Of a DNA stretch of 49,362 bases, positions 1 to 10,300 are shown in pieces. The translations under genes and the position numbers were made by a program. The first letter of the stretch is position 1. Each line of letters starts with the position of its first letter. The notes beneath the pieces are model-generated. The model searched no databases. It had not been told where the DNA came from and was given only the letters and a program-made list of their open reading frames with translations. The stretch lies in assembly GCA_016929605.1 (NCBI GenBank), contig JAFGIM010000099.1, positions 1-49,362 on the forward strand. The letters are read 5' to 3'. The stretch comes from Spirochaetales bacterium. GTDB taxonomy: Bacteria; Spirochaetota; Spirochaetia; Treponematales; Treponemataceae.

Positions 1-1005
1 GTCTGTCTGTCCGTGTGCTTTATGTTTTTACAAAAAAAAAGGGCATTTCACTATATTGGTTCCGCATTTATGTTTGTGTTTGGGTGTATGTCTCTGGGCG
101 GTGGCCCGTACATCGCCGACTCCTTTTCCACGCGCTTTCCCGGCTTTGTTTCGTTTGTGTGTATGATTTTGATTTCCCCCCTGGGTCTTTTAGTGTGTCT
201 TGAATGTTTTGGCGTACGAGAAAAAAGAAAAATATGGGTATTAGTGGTAAGCGCAGTGAGCGCGGCGGTGTTTGTCTCTGGCTCTGTGCTTCTCCTTAAT
301 GGAGTTCCGCTTCCACGGGTTTTTATTATGGTGTACACCCTGCTTTTGGGAACCTTTGTAACGGTGGTGATTCGCGAGTGGAAGGAATTGATTCCGTTTC
401 GCGACATGACGCGCGGACTATTCAAATTTAGCCTGATTCTTTTTTTGGATATTCTTCTTATAGTGGCGATGTTGGTCAGTCAGATTTTTCAGCTTCATTA
501 CATGCTCTGTATTTTATGGACAGTTCAAATTCTTTCGATTTACGGGATTGTCCTTATTGTATTCCATACACCGGAAACCTTTCGGTTGATTGGAGATGAG
601 GCTAACCGTATTCGCTATGAGCGGGTAACACTTAATAAGGAAAAAGTTGATTCATCTATGGAGACCCTCGATCGGCTTATGAGACAGGAGCGATTGTTTC
701 GCCGTCCATCCCTGTGTCTTGAGGAATTAGCCAAGCGCTGTTCTCTTACGACGCATGAGCTTTCAGAATTGCTCAATTTGCATATGGGCCAAAGTTTTCG
801 TACCTACCTTAATGGGCTTAGAATCGATTATGCCCGGATGCTCTTGAGCGAACAACCTGACACCCCAATAATCGATATCATTTACGATTGTGGATTTAAT
901 TCCAAATCAGTGTTTAATACAGCGTTCCGCGCTTCTTGCGGGAAAACCCCAAGCGAATGGCGAAAGGCATGTTCGCGTACGAGTGATTCAGAGTCGGAAG
1001 AATAG
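1..1005 (+). CDS. AraC-family transcriptional regulator with N-terminal membrane domain (5' end probably outside window)
   Basis: Several hydrophobic helices followed by a C-terminal AraC HTH (LA..C.LT.HELSELLN...SF..YLN.LRI..A..LL; CGFNSKSVFN.AF....G.TPSEWR). Frame is open to the window edge. Confidence 0.85.
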   Translation, partial: VCLSVCFMFLQKKRAFHYIGSAFMFVFGCMSLGGGPYIADSFSTRFPGFVSFVCMILISPLGLLVCLECFGVREKRKIWVLVVSAVSAAVFVSGSVLLLNGVPLPRVFIMVYTLLLGTFVTVVIREWKELIPFRDMTRGLFKFSLILFLDILLIVAMLVSQIFQLHYMLCILWTVQILSIYGIVLIVFHTPETFRLIGDEANRIRYERVTLNKEKVDSSMETLDRLMRQERLFRRPSLCLEELAKRCSLTTHELSELLNLHMGQSFRTYLNGLRIDYARMLLSEQPDTPIIDIIYDCGFNSKSVFNTAFRASCGKTPSEWRKACSRTSDSESEE

Positions 1006-1887
1006 ATGGCGTGTCCTTTTTGCACATCAGCGCGTTCAGCTTTAGTGCATACCGCTTCTTCTCCAACAGGGCTAGGGGCGGTCTGTTATTATCGATGCCG
1101 ATCGTGCGCTTCGATCTATCAACATCCCCTGCCGTCGCCTGAGGGCCTTTGTGCCTATTACGAGCGGTATCTTGATGTTAAGGCTAGAATGAACCCGGGA
1201 TATCTTGACCCTGCTTCTGTTCTTTCCGTACGCCGGGAACGTTCGCTTACTTTTCGGGAAATTGGTTTTGATCCAGGACGAATAGCATGCGGAACAAACG
1301 CGGAGCTTGGCTGTGCCAATGGGCTTTTCTTGCGGTATTTGGTTGAAGAAGGGAGCCTCCGAACGATTGGCCTGGATCTTTCTGAATCTCTGTTGTCGGC
1401 AATCGTCTTGAGCGGAGTACGAATCCTTCATGGAGGACTCGAGCTACTTGATGAAAAGAGTGTTGATAACCTCTACCTTTTTAACGTAGCCGAGCATGCC
1501 CTTGATATTGAAGCCTTGTTTTATCAGGCTTCTCGGGTTCTTGCCCAAGAAGGTTGCGTTGTTCTTGAGTTGCCTCTTTCGGGCCTGGTCTCCCGTTTTT
1601 TTGGACAGAAGTGGCGATTTCTGATGCCCGATGAACATTTGGCTATCCCGTCAATGAAGGGCCTTCGAATCCTGTTACGTAAAACCGGGTTTACCATCCG
1701 GGGCCAGACCCGCTTTGGCAGCGGATGGACGAGTGGCAGTATCTACAGGCCGATAAAGCGCTTGTGCGACTTTGCGGCAAAACATCTGGGCTTTGGGGAC
1801 AGAGGGTGTTTTCTGTTAGAGTACCGAAATCCGGTTGCGCCCCGTTTTTTTGGCTTGATACAAGGCTGCGTCCGCACGAAGAAATAA
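1006..1887 (+). CDS. Class I SAM-dependent methyltransferase with N-terminal Cys pairs
   Basis: CPFC...CRSC, ELGCANG SAM motif I, FNVAEH and W...P.EHL motifs. Confidence 0.8.
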   Translation: MACPFCTSARSALVHTASSPTGLGAVCYYRCRSCASIYQHPLPSPEGLCAYYERYLDVKARMNPGYLDPASVLSVRRERSLTFREIGFDPGRIACGTNAELGCANGLFLRYLVEEGSLRTIGLDLSESLLSAIVLSGVRILHGGLELLDEKSVDNLYLFNVAEHALDIEALFYQASRVLAQEGCVVLELPLSGLVSRFFGQKWRFLMPDEHLAIPSMKGLRILLRKTGFTIRGQTRFGSGWTSGSIYRPIKRLCDFAAKHLGFGDRGCFLLEYRNPVAPRFFGLIQGCVRTKK

Positions 1888-3501
1888 GCCGTCAAAGGAA
1901 TCGTCCATCCGGTTTTCGGACACACCCACGCTGACGGTAATTTTTATCTCTTCGCCTTCTTCAGAGTACGAAAAATCATTGAGGATGTCGCTCCGAATAG
2001 ATTCTGCGATGTTGCGGGCCGCAAGTTCATTAGCGCCTGGAAGGAAGACCAGGAACTCATCTCCTCCGTAGCGACAGGCAATATCTGTTTTGCGGATGTG
2101 TTTTTTAATCTTTGATCCTGTCTTGGTAAGGATCATGTCCCCCGCAAGATGGCCGTGAGTATCGTTAATGATCTTGAAGTTATCCAAATCGAGCATGATC
2201 ATGGCTGATTCTGCGGGTAGCTCCCCTTCTGATTCCAGACGCTTTACAAGGTCGTTAAGATAGCGTCGGTTGTATAAACCGGTAAGGGGATCGGTGCGAG
2301 AAAGATTTATATAGTATTTTTCTCGCTCGATCATGATATCCTTTTCCCCGATTTCCTTACGCATCAAATCAAAAATAGCCAGGGTAAATAGAAGTGAATC
2401 AAGCGAGGTTCCAATCAGGAAAAAATAATTCGCCGGAATATGAGCCTCCGCATACGCTGCGGTGGACCAAATAAGAGTTCCGGTAAACATGGCAAAAAGG
2501 GCGAGTAGATAAAATCGTGCTTCCTTAAAACCGGTAATATAGAGTTTGATGCTTGTAACCAGGATGATCAGGGGAACAAGGAAGCCGGTTATATAGGCGA
2601 TGTAATTGGCGATAAGACTTGAAATAAAAATGCCAAAGATTGTTTGAATGACAAACAAACCTATGAATACATTCAGAATTCGATTTATCTGCGGGCAGGT
2701 TCTGGAGAGATTCAGGAAATGCTTGGCAAAGATCATCATAAAAATGCCGACTCCGGCTAGGGAAATCCAGAGCACAGATTCAAGAAACATAAACGGCATG
2801 GGCACAAAGTACATAAACCCGTGAACCCGCAGATGATAAAGGAAGAGGCTCAAGAGATAACACATGTAAATAAGAAAATTCTTGTTGCTCATGACGAGAT
2901 ACGAGAAGAGGTTAACGAAGAAAATCGCGATGATTATCCCAAAAAACAGCCCAAAAAGCAGGTTTTCGCGGGAACTGTTTGAGATGACCTGAGGTGCGGT
3001 TGTAATCTGGAGGGGCACCCACATGATCGAATCAGTTTTTACCCGCAGGTATACCGGCTTTGTTGTATCCATTGTATCGGGGATAGGCAGGTTCCAGATT
3101 CTGGTTGGTATGGCGATTTCCCGTACATCTACCTTTTTCCCGGCCACTAATCTGGTTCCATCAGGGTAAAAGACGTCTATGTTCTCCAGACTTGCGTTTT
3201 TGATTGAAATAAAGCAGCGCTCGTCGGTTAGGGGTAATTGAATGTAAAAACGAAGCCAACATGCGGCGGTTGTGCGGTTTCGATAGAGAACGGGGCGGTC
3301 CAGAGCGGTAAACATACCATCAAGTGTACGTATGTCCTCAAGGCTTGCTTCTGCAAGATGATCTTCGTATGCCTCTATGCGGGTTATATAGTTCCTGGCT
3401 TCTTTGGTAGGATGGCGGGGCATATACGCAAGAAAAAAACAGCACAGGATGCATAGTCCGGCAAAAGAGAAGGTTAATATGTCCGTCCGGTGTTTATTCA
3501 T
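1816..3501 (-). CDS. Diguanylate cyclase with 7TM-DISM sensor
   Basis: N-terminal TM, DISMED2-like periplasmic region (WLRF...), 7TM block, TDPLTGLYNRR, DLDNFK.IND.HGH.AGD, RYGGDEF and RKTD I-site. Confidence 0.92.
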   Translation of the reverse strand: MNKHRTDILTFSFAGLCILCCFFLAYMPRHPTKEARNYITRIEAYEDHLAEASLEDIRTLDGMFTALDRPVLYRNRTTAACWLRFYIQLPLTDERCFISIKNASLENIDVFYPDGTRLVAGKKVDVREIAIPTRIWNLPIPDTMDTTKPVYLRVKTDSIMWVPLQITTAPQVISNSSRENLLFGLFFGIIIAIFFVNLFSYLVMSNKNFLIYMCYLLSLFLYHLRVHGFMYFVPMPFMFLESVLWISLAGVGIFMMIFAKHFLNLSRTCPQINRILNVFIGLFVIQTIFGIFISSLIANYIAYITGFLVPLIILVTSIKLYITGFKEARFYLLALFAMFTGTLIWSTAAYAEAHIPANYFFLIGTSLDSLLFTLAIFDLMRKEIGEKDIMIEREKYYINLSRTDPLTGLYNRRYLNDLVKRLESEGELPAESAMIMLDLDNFKIINDTHGHLAGDMILTKTGSKIKKHIRKTDIACRYGGDEFLVFLPGANELAARNIAESIRSDILNDFSYSEEGEEIKITVSVGVSENRMDDSFDGLFLRADAALYQAKKTGRNRISVL

Positions 3502-3524
3502 TGATTACGCGCCGATTACCAGCC

Positions 3525-3553
3525 ATTATCCGGCCTGGAAGGCGTTTTGTCAA
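3525..3553 (-). promoter_or_regulatory. Sigma70-like promoter of the diguanylate cyclase
   Basis: TTGACA-N17-GATAAT on the minus strand. Confidence 0.55.
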
Positions 3554-3614
3554 ATCCAGACTCACGTAATACCGCTGTTCCGGTATATGTGGAGACAGCG
3601 GCACTCCAGTAGAC

Positions 3615-3944
3615 TCAGGCTCTAAGGTTATCGGCTGTTCCCGGTGCTACCTCGTGAAAAGAAGCAATTGTTTTACAGGGGTAGTCGGGACAGGCGCCAC
3701 AGCTGGACAGCGACTTTTTGGTCGCGCACGCGCGCATCTCGCATTGTGAACAGTGTCCAATCTGGACTCCATCGGTTGCCCTGCATCCGTGACAGTTGAT
3801 CATCTGGGGGGTAAAATCAAAGTTATACGCCACCTTCCATTCCCCGGCGATCTTCTCCCTCATGGCGTTGTCATTGGTCATTGTGGCGATATAGGCTCCG
3901 CAAGAAGCGCAGTCAAGGCCGCAAAACGCGATCATCTTTTCCAT
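3615..3944 (-). CDS. DUF3795-type Cys-rich small protein
   Basis: CGLDCASC...CHGC...C..C..R.C...K....CG.C.DYPC pattern; GGAGG RBS at 3951-3955. Confidence 0.85.
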   Translation of the reverse strand: MEKMIAFCGLDCASCGAYIATMTNDNAMREKIAGEWKVAYNFDFTPQMINCHGCRATDGVQIGHCSQCEMRACATKKSLSSCGACPDYPCKTIASFHEVAPGTADNLRA

Positions 3945-3983
3945 ACATATCCTCCGCAGTACGTGATAGAGACAGTATAGACT

Positions 3984-4014
3984 GTAAAGACTGACATCTC
4001 GTGTCAGTCTTTAC
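3984..4014. promoter_or_regulatory. Palindromic operator, probable WYL/YafY binding site upstream of the DUF3795 gene
   Basis: Perfect 13-bp inverted repeat GTAAAGACTGACA-tctcg-TGTCAGTCTTTAC, next to a minus-strand -10 TATACT at 3974-3979. Confidence 0.7.
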
Positions 4015-4931
4015 CTCTGTTCCAAGAAACTTTTAGCCCTAAGCTGCACCGCCTCCGCAAGGCTTTCAGGTTCAAGTATAGTAACAGGACCGGGAAGTCC
4101 CATAATCCAGGAGATAAACCACTCGTCAATCGGGATGTTTGCGGAAACTTGTACTGTTTGTGAATCTACTGCGCCTATGTAGTCGTCATCAAAGCACTCA
4201 TACAGCCGGCCAAGCGAGGCCTTTGGCGCTCTGAAGCATACCTGACTAAACGGGTTGGTTTCCCATTGGCGGGCCCAGGGTTTGGAAGAAAGATCCTGTG
4301 GTTTGCTTTCTCGCTCGTATGGTAAAATCGTTATATCTCGAATACGGGTAATCCTGAATAGCCTGAAATCTTTTCGTAGCCGACACCAGGCCCAAGTATA
4401 CCATGACTGCCACAGGTAAATAAGAGCACAGGGTTCTATTTCCCTGATTGTTTCCTGATTTGAGGAGTCAGTATAGGTAATAGAAACAACCAGGCTTTTT
4501 TCTATCGATTGGCGCAGACTATCGATGCTTTTTTTATCCCGTTTGGAGGGAACAAGTTCTATAAAGATATGATTCTCCGGGCAAGGAACCCCTTTTTGCC
4601 TGGATGATTCAAGAAGGGTTCGTAGTTTGTCGGTAATTATGGTAAGGGTTGGACCCTGGTAGATCGCGGCAAGGCCAGAAAGACCTGTCAGGATATGCTG
4701 TATCTCTCCGGTTGCCAAAACACTGTCGCTCATCTTGAATCCGTCCACCAGGGCAAATCCACCATCACGCCCGGTGGTCGCAAAAACAGGAATTCCTGCC
4801 GCGGATAGAGCGTCAATATCACGGTAGATAGTACGTATGGATACCTCCAGACGAGAGGCAAGGAAAGAGGCGCTTACCATTTTTTTATCCATAAGTACCG
4901 TCAGGATTGCCAGTAGCCGCTCGGCTTTCAT
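4011..4931 (-). CDS. YafY-family HTH-WYL-WCX transcriptional regulator
   Basis: MKAERLLAIL...LEVSIRTIYRDIDALS.AGIP HTH; WYTWAWCRLRKDFRLFRITRI WYL domain. Start moved to ATG 4931. Confidence 0.92.
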   Translation of the reverse strand: MKAERLLAILTVLMDKKMVSASFLASRLEVSIRTIYRDIDALSAAGIPVFATTGRDGGFALVDGFKMSDSVLATGEIQHILTGLSGLAAIYQGPTLTIITDKLRTLLESSRQKGVPCPENHIFIELVPSKRDKKSIDSLRQSIEKSLVVSITYTDSSNQETIREIEPCALIYLWQSWYTWAWCRLRKDFRLFRITRIRDITILPYERESKPQDLSSKPWARQWETNPFSQVCFRAPKASLGRLYECFDDDYIGAVDSQTVQVSANIPIDEWFISWIMGLPGPVTILEPESLAEAVQLRAKSFLEQR

Positions 4932-5020
4932 CAGTCCATCATACGTGTCTTGACGCATACGGGCAAGCACTGTCGTTTTTTTATGGCGTATGTGCGTAAG
5001 CTGGGGTAGAATGAGTACAA

Positions 5021-6490
5021 ATGACGCATAAAACACTCTACGGTAATAAAATACCCGCCAAGATTCTGGAACGGGCAGAAGCTCGTTTTTCACGCTATGC
5101 CAAAAAGTTTTCATTTGACCCGGGGCTTTCGCCAGATTTAGTCCTCTGCCCGGAGGGTCAAGGGTTTGAGGATTTTGGAATTCTGACGGTGCGCGAAAAA
5201 AAAGAAGGCCTTGCGTGTCAGCAGGGATTTGACCGGGATAATGGAATAATGCTCGGCACTATTCGTATGGGTTTTGGACACTGTCGAATGGCCATTGCGC
5301 TTGCCTCCGCATCTCATTCAATGGGCTATACCCCTTATTGGCTCGATCTTATGTCCTTTCCTGATTACGCCGCAAGCAAGACAATCAAATACCTTGAGGA
5401 TCTATATAATCTGGGGTCGCGCATTTCCCAACGATCCCGCCTTTTTAATTCTCTGGTATGGGAGTATGTAACAAGCGGGGCTGCCCGTAAGCTCTCTTTT
5501 TCCGTGGAGGAAGATATTCTTTCCCGTATCTTTGTTCCCCTGTACCGGGATATACCCAAGGACCTTCCCTTCTTTTCTACCCATCCGTGGACGGGACACG
5601 CCGCCGTTGGAGCCGGGATGAGCGATGTAGTGACGATTATTCCCGATAATTATCCCCTTGCTTTTCATGTGGTTGAAGGAAGTGTACATGCCGTTCAGTC
5701 TCCCTCAAGTTACATGGGGTATCGAACCTTTCATTCAATGGGAAGCGGCTTGCGATTGGACCATACCATGCCAAGTAAGGATATCGAGATGGTGGGTCAC
5801 TATATCGATCATGAAATTGTGGCGGGCATAGAAGAAGACTGCGCATCTCGCAGACGGCGCATCAAGGATAAAGAGACACGCCGGTTTTTGCTCACGATGG
5901 GAGGGGCGGGAGCCCAGGTTCTTCGATTTGCTGATATTGCGCTTACCTGTAAAGAAGCCATAGAAGATACAAAGGTTGCCTTACTGATCAATATGGGTGA
6001 TCATCGCGGGCGATGGAAGGAACTGGAATCATTATTTACGCAACATGGCATCAGATGGACCTTGCATCAGGATTGGAGTGAAACTCGCGCGTTTATCGAC
6101 GAGGCCAGGGACTGTCCAATCTCCGGGGTTCATGTATTCCTCCATGATGATTTTTACTGTGCAGTCTACGCGACGAATCTATTGATGCGAATTGCCGATG
6201 TGATGATTACAAAACCGAGCGAACTATCCTTTTATCCGGTACCCAAGCTCTTTATTCAACGGGTGGGCAGACATGAAGCCTGGGGGGCGATTCGCGGGGC
6301 CGAGATTGGCGACGGTACAATCGAAACCGCTTCGGTTACCGGTTTACATCGCCTGTTAAAACTTCTTGTTGAGGATGACGATTTACTGGACTTGTATTGT
6401 ACCCATATCCTGGTAAACAAAAAAAATGGTGTGTATAACGGTGCCTATAATGCGGTTAAACTTGCGGTAAAAAATCGTAAACGGGAATAA
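5021..6490 (+). CDS. Conserved hypothetical protein, probable GT-B glycosyltransferase-like fold
   Basis: MGFGH, MGGAG and ADVMITKPSE motifs resemble MGDG-synthase/MurG-like glycosyltransferases. Confidence 0.55.
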   Translation: MTHKTLYGNKIPAKILERAEARFSRYAKKFSFDPGLSPDLVLCPEGQGFEDFGILTVREKKEGLACQQGFDRDNGIMLGTIRMGFGHCRMAIALASASHSMGYTPYWLDLMSFPDYAASKTIKYLEDLYNLGSRISQRSRLFNSLVWEYVTSGAARKLSFSVEEDILSRIFVPLYRDIPKDLPFFSTHPWTGHAAVGAGMSDVVTIIPDNYPLAFHVVEGSVHAVQSPSSYMGYRTFHSMGSGLRLDHTMPSKDIEMVGHYIDHEIVAGIEEDCASRRRRIKDKETRRFLLTMGGAGAQVLRFADIALTCKEAIEDTKVALLINMGDHRGRWKELESLFTQHGIRWTLHQDWSETRAFIDEARDCPISGVHVFLHDDFYCAVYATNLLMRIADVMITKPSELSFYPVPKLFIQRVGRHEAWGAIRGAEIGDGTIETASVTGLHRLLKLLVEDDDLLDLYCTHILVNKKNGVYNGAYNAVKLAVKNRKRE

Positions 6491-6504
6491 GAGAGACAAA
6501 AAAG

Positions 6505-7236
6505 TCAGGGAATTGTAATTACCGAGGCAACCCTGCCATCCCTGGTGTATGCACGGTCTGAGTTAGTGGTATCCGGGACTTGTGTGGTTCCCTGAAAGTA
6601 CGCGTAATACCAGGTACCGCGGGGAAGGGGAAGCGTGAGTTCATACATCCCCGCCGAGGTTTCGGTCATTTCGTACATAAAGGGATCCCAGTTATTAAAG
6701 CTGCCGGCCAGACTTACTTTTTGACCGCTTGGGGCTATGCAGGTAAACCTGACGGTATTGCTTTGAACGTTTGAGGTTTTAAACACTTCGTAGGAGTCTA
6801 CCTCGAGTACAGAAACCGAAAAGCCCCGTTCGGCATCCCATTCCTGAAGGGGATTTTCCGGATCGGCAGTCCATAAGCCGTCTACAACGATACGGTAGCG
6901 GATGGCGCTGGTCTGTGGTGGTATCTGAGCGATGTAAAAAAGGATGGTGTCTTCCAGTTTTCCGGATTCGGTTCTTCGCGGTTTGCCGAATTCGTCTTTT
7001 CGGATTAGCCGCTGAAATGAATGGACTTGTGTATAGTTTTCGTGTTCAAAGGCGATACCGGTATAGCGGGCGCGACCAGAAGCGGTGTATACCACATAGG
7101 TTCCCGAAACGGCGGGAGAGCGGACCCGGGATATTGTTGAGACCAAGTTTGAATAGGTAATCGCTTCGATGCCTGCCGCCACAAGGGGAGTGACGGCGCA
7201 CAGTGCGAAACAAATCAGTATGATAATACGTTTCAT
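6505..7236 (-). CDS. Secreted glycogen-binding (CBM48/AMPK-beta-like) domain protein
   Basis: Signal peptide; YRIVVDGLWTADPENP and V.LAGSFNNW motifs. Confidence 0.8.
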   Translation of the reverse strand: MKRIIILICFALCAVTPLVAAGIEAITYSNLVSTISRVRSPAVSGTYVVYTASGRARYTGIAFEHENYTQVHSFQRLIRKDEFGKPRRTESGKLEDTILFYIAQIPPQTSAIRYRIVVDGLWTADPENPLQEWDAERGFSVSVLEVDSYEVFKTSNVQSNTVRFTCIAPSGQKVSLAGSFNNWDPFMYEMTETSAGMYELTLPLPRGTWYYAYFQGTTQVPDTTNSDRAYTRDGRVASVITIP

Positions 7237-7394
7237 AGTGCTTCTTTACAATTGTCGGAAAATCCTTCAAAATCTTGAGGTATACCGTGTGGAAAGCTAC
7301 TATCGGCGAAACAACGCTTGTATATGCATCATCCCGGTAAAGTACCGTCATTAAAAACCGATGATATACTGAATACCGAACGTACAGGAAACAA

Positions 7395-10300
7395 ATGCCG
7401 GGGAGAAAAGAACTCGAACTTTTTAGGGAAGAACTCAGCAAAATCGGTCGGGAACGTGAAGTAACCGAGGAGCGGGGAGAGGTATACGAAGCGCCCCCCT
7501 TGCCCGGTGAACTCGCAACCTCTGATCCCGGTCTAGACGTAGACAATCTTCTTGCCTCTATTGATGGTGAAGTTGCCCCGGCCGCCACGGAAGACGATTA
7601 TGCCATGGATGCCATGCTCGCATCTCTTGGCCTTTCAGCTACAACTCAAACAGACATACCACCCGAAACCGTCCAGAGCGAGCCTGTTGAAGCCGAGCCT
7701 GTTGAGGCTGACAGTATTGAGGCCGAGCCTGTTGAGGCTGACAGTTTTCAAGCTGACATTGAGCCACTGGCCGAATTTGATTCAATTCTTGAAGATCTCC
7801 CATTGGATGACGCCCCGGCCGGTTTTAGCCTTGATGAGGGTGGAGAGGATAGTTTTGTCGTTCCGGAGAACCTGTTGGCAGGGTTCGCTGATGATATAGA
7901 AGAAAGTAGAAGTCAAACGGATGCTATTGTTGATGATTTGCCGGAAATTGAAGAGGTCCCTGAAGTCAGCGATATTCCAGAGATACCTGATCTGACGGAG
8001 ATTTCTGATTTTTCTGATCTTGGCGATATACCAGAAGCGGAAACCCTGTCCAATGAGGCTAACGAGGCGCCAGCAGACCCTATCGCAGGGCTAGATGCCC
8101 TGCTTTCGAAAGGCTTGCCAGAGCTTGATGATATCTCCTTTGATACACCCGGCGGGGACACCGCCCCAAATCTTGCAGACATGGAGATACCGCCGCCTCC
8201 AGCATACGAAGAAGAAACAGATATCACACCATCTTTTGAGATGGACTTGACTCCTGGAAGGAGTGATGCCGTAGAACCAATGGCAAACTCCTTTGGCGAC
8301 GATTTTTCTGACTTCTCAATTCCCGATGATCTTTCTATAAGCGAGAGTGAGAGTGTTGAACCTGCGGTTGCAGACGGATTTGATGGCTTTAGCCTTGATG
8401 AAGACTTTCTTAAAGCTGGCGCCTCCGACGCATCTGATGATGAATTTCATATTCCAGGTTTTTCGGATTTTACCTCCTCTTCCGCCAGAGCATCTCTTTC
8501 TGAGTTTCCCTCCGGTGAAGGAGGAGTCGCACGTAAGGGTGGTAAAAAAGAGGTTCCCCTCAAGATAAGCGAGGAGGATTTCTCCCGATTCCTGGATCTT
8601 CTTTCTCATATGCCGCTTAACGTGCGAATAGCCGCGGAAGAGTATCTTGCCGGTGACTCTGGTTCCGAGTTACAGAAGATGGAATTCGTACATTCGGTCT
8701 TGATCGGTACTTCTGTTCGTAAACTCGCCCGGGTATTGGAAGGATATCTTGATCGGACAATTCCGGTTCCCAAGGACTTTGAAAAAAAGAGCGTGGCTGA
8801 ATATGAAGAAGAAAAAACTTCTCTTCGCTATGTTCTGATTAACAAGATATTGCCCGCCGCTATCATGTTTACCGTAATTGCTCTATTGACTGCTTGCACT
8901 GTGTTTTTATCCTGGAATTTTATCTGGCGCCCGCTGGCAGCCGAGAGTTTGTATAAGCGTGGATATACCGCTATTCAAGATGCGCGCTATACCCAGTCCA
9001 TGGACTTTTTTAATCAGGCAGTTCGGGTATGGGAAAAAAAGAAGTGGTATTTCCGTTATGCACGTGCGTATCGGGATCAAAAGCAGTATCTGTCGGCAGA
9101 GGCAATGTATGAGCGACTGCTTAACCGCTACAAGAATGATTTACCCGCCGGTCTTGAATATGCCGAAATGCTCAGGACTGATTTACGGAACTTCGAGAAG
9201 GCGGAAACGGTATTACGCCGACGCGTTCTTGACTACCATGTGAACAATCAGGAAGGTTTGATGCTCCTGGGAGACAACTTTCTTGATTGGGCTGATGAAG
9301 ATCCTTCCAAATACCCGCTTGCCCGACAGGCATACGCGACTCTTATTGAATTGTATGGAAGCAAGGATCCCTTCCTTGCCCGCATGATGCGCTATTTTAT
9401 CAGAACAGATAATCTGGCCGAGGTATTACCCCTTAAGGAGCATTTTACCGGACGCAAGACAAAAATCGATGCAAGCGATCTGGTTGAGCTCAGTGGCTAT
9501 TTATTGGAGAAACGATATACACCAAAACCCGGCGAGTCTGAAGGACTACGCGCCCAGATAGAAGATTTACGCTCCTTACTGGAGCGGGCTGTTAAGGCGG
9601 ATCCAGAGGTTCCAGAAGCCCATTATAATATGGGCCGTTTTTTCTTGTTTAATTACAAGGATGATCTTGCTTCTACAGCTTTTGAAGAGTCTCTCCGCCT
9701 CTTTGATCAGGCACGGACAATGAGTCCGCGCAGAATTCTTACACACATCGATTCTTACCGTTTGCTGGGTGAAATACGTTCATCGGAGAAGGAATACCTT
9801 AAGGCTCAGGCCTTGCTGGGCGAGGGTATATCCCTATACGAAAAACAACGCGAGAACCGGGGAGTCCGCCCGGATCCGCTCGTAGGCAAGCTCTATAGTG
9901 ATTACGCCGACATCGATTATTTTATCTCGAATGATTTGGAACGTTCTCTTGAGAATTACCAAAAAGCGGTTACCGAGCTTAACGATACTCCCTCGATACG
10001 GTATCGAATCGGGTATATCCATTACCGCAACCAGGATTGGGAATCGGCAATGGAGTCGTTCAGTTTGAGCTATGCCCGCGCTCCCTTGGATGTAAACCTT
10101 GCCTACAGCTTTGGCAACACCTTGTTCCGCAAGGGGAATCTTTACCTTGCGCAGGGCCATTACGAGCGGCTCATGGAAAAGCTTGAAGCAGAGAAGATTC
10201 GTAAGGGTATCGTCTTCCCGCAAACCCGGGTTGATCATGGATCATTCGTCCAACAATACATGAGGGCAGCGAATAATCTAGGGGTAACCCTTAATCGCCT

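Noticed and set aside
1795-1805. GGGGACAGAGG, a near-copy of the motif
   Set aside because: Single isolated mismatch copy 24 kb from the cluster; compatible with chance.
4932-5114. N-terminal extension of the WYL ORF
   Set aside because: Overlaps the divergent gene; the family N-terminus and promoter point to ATG 4931.
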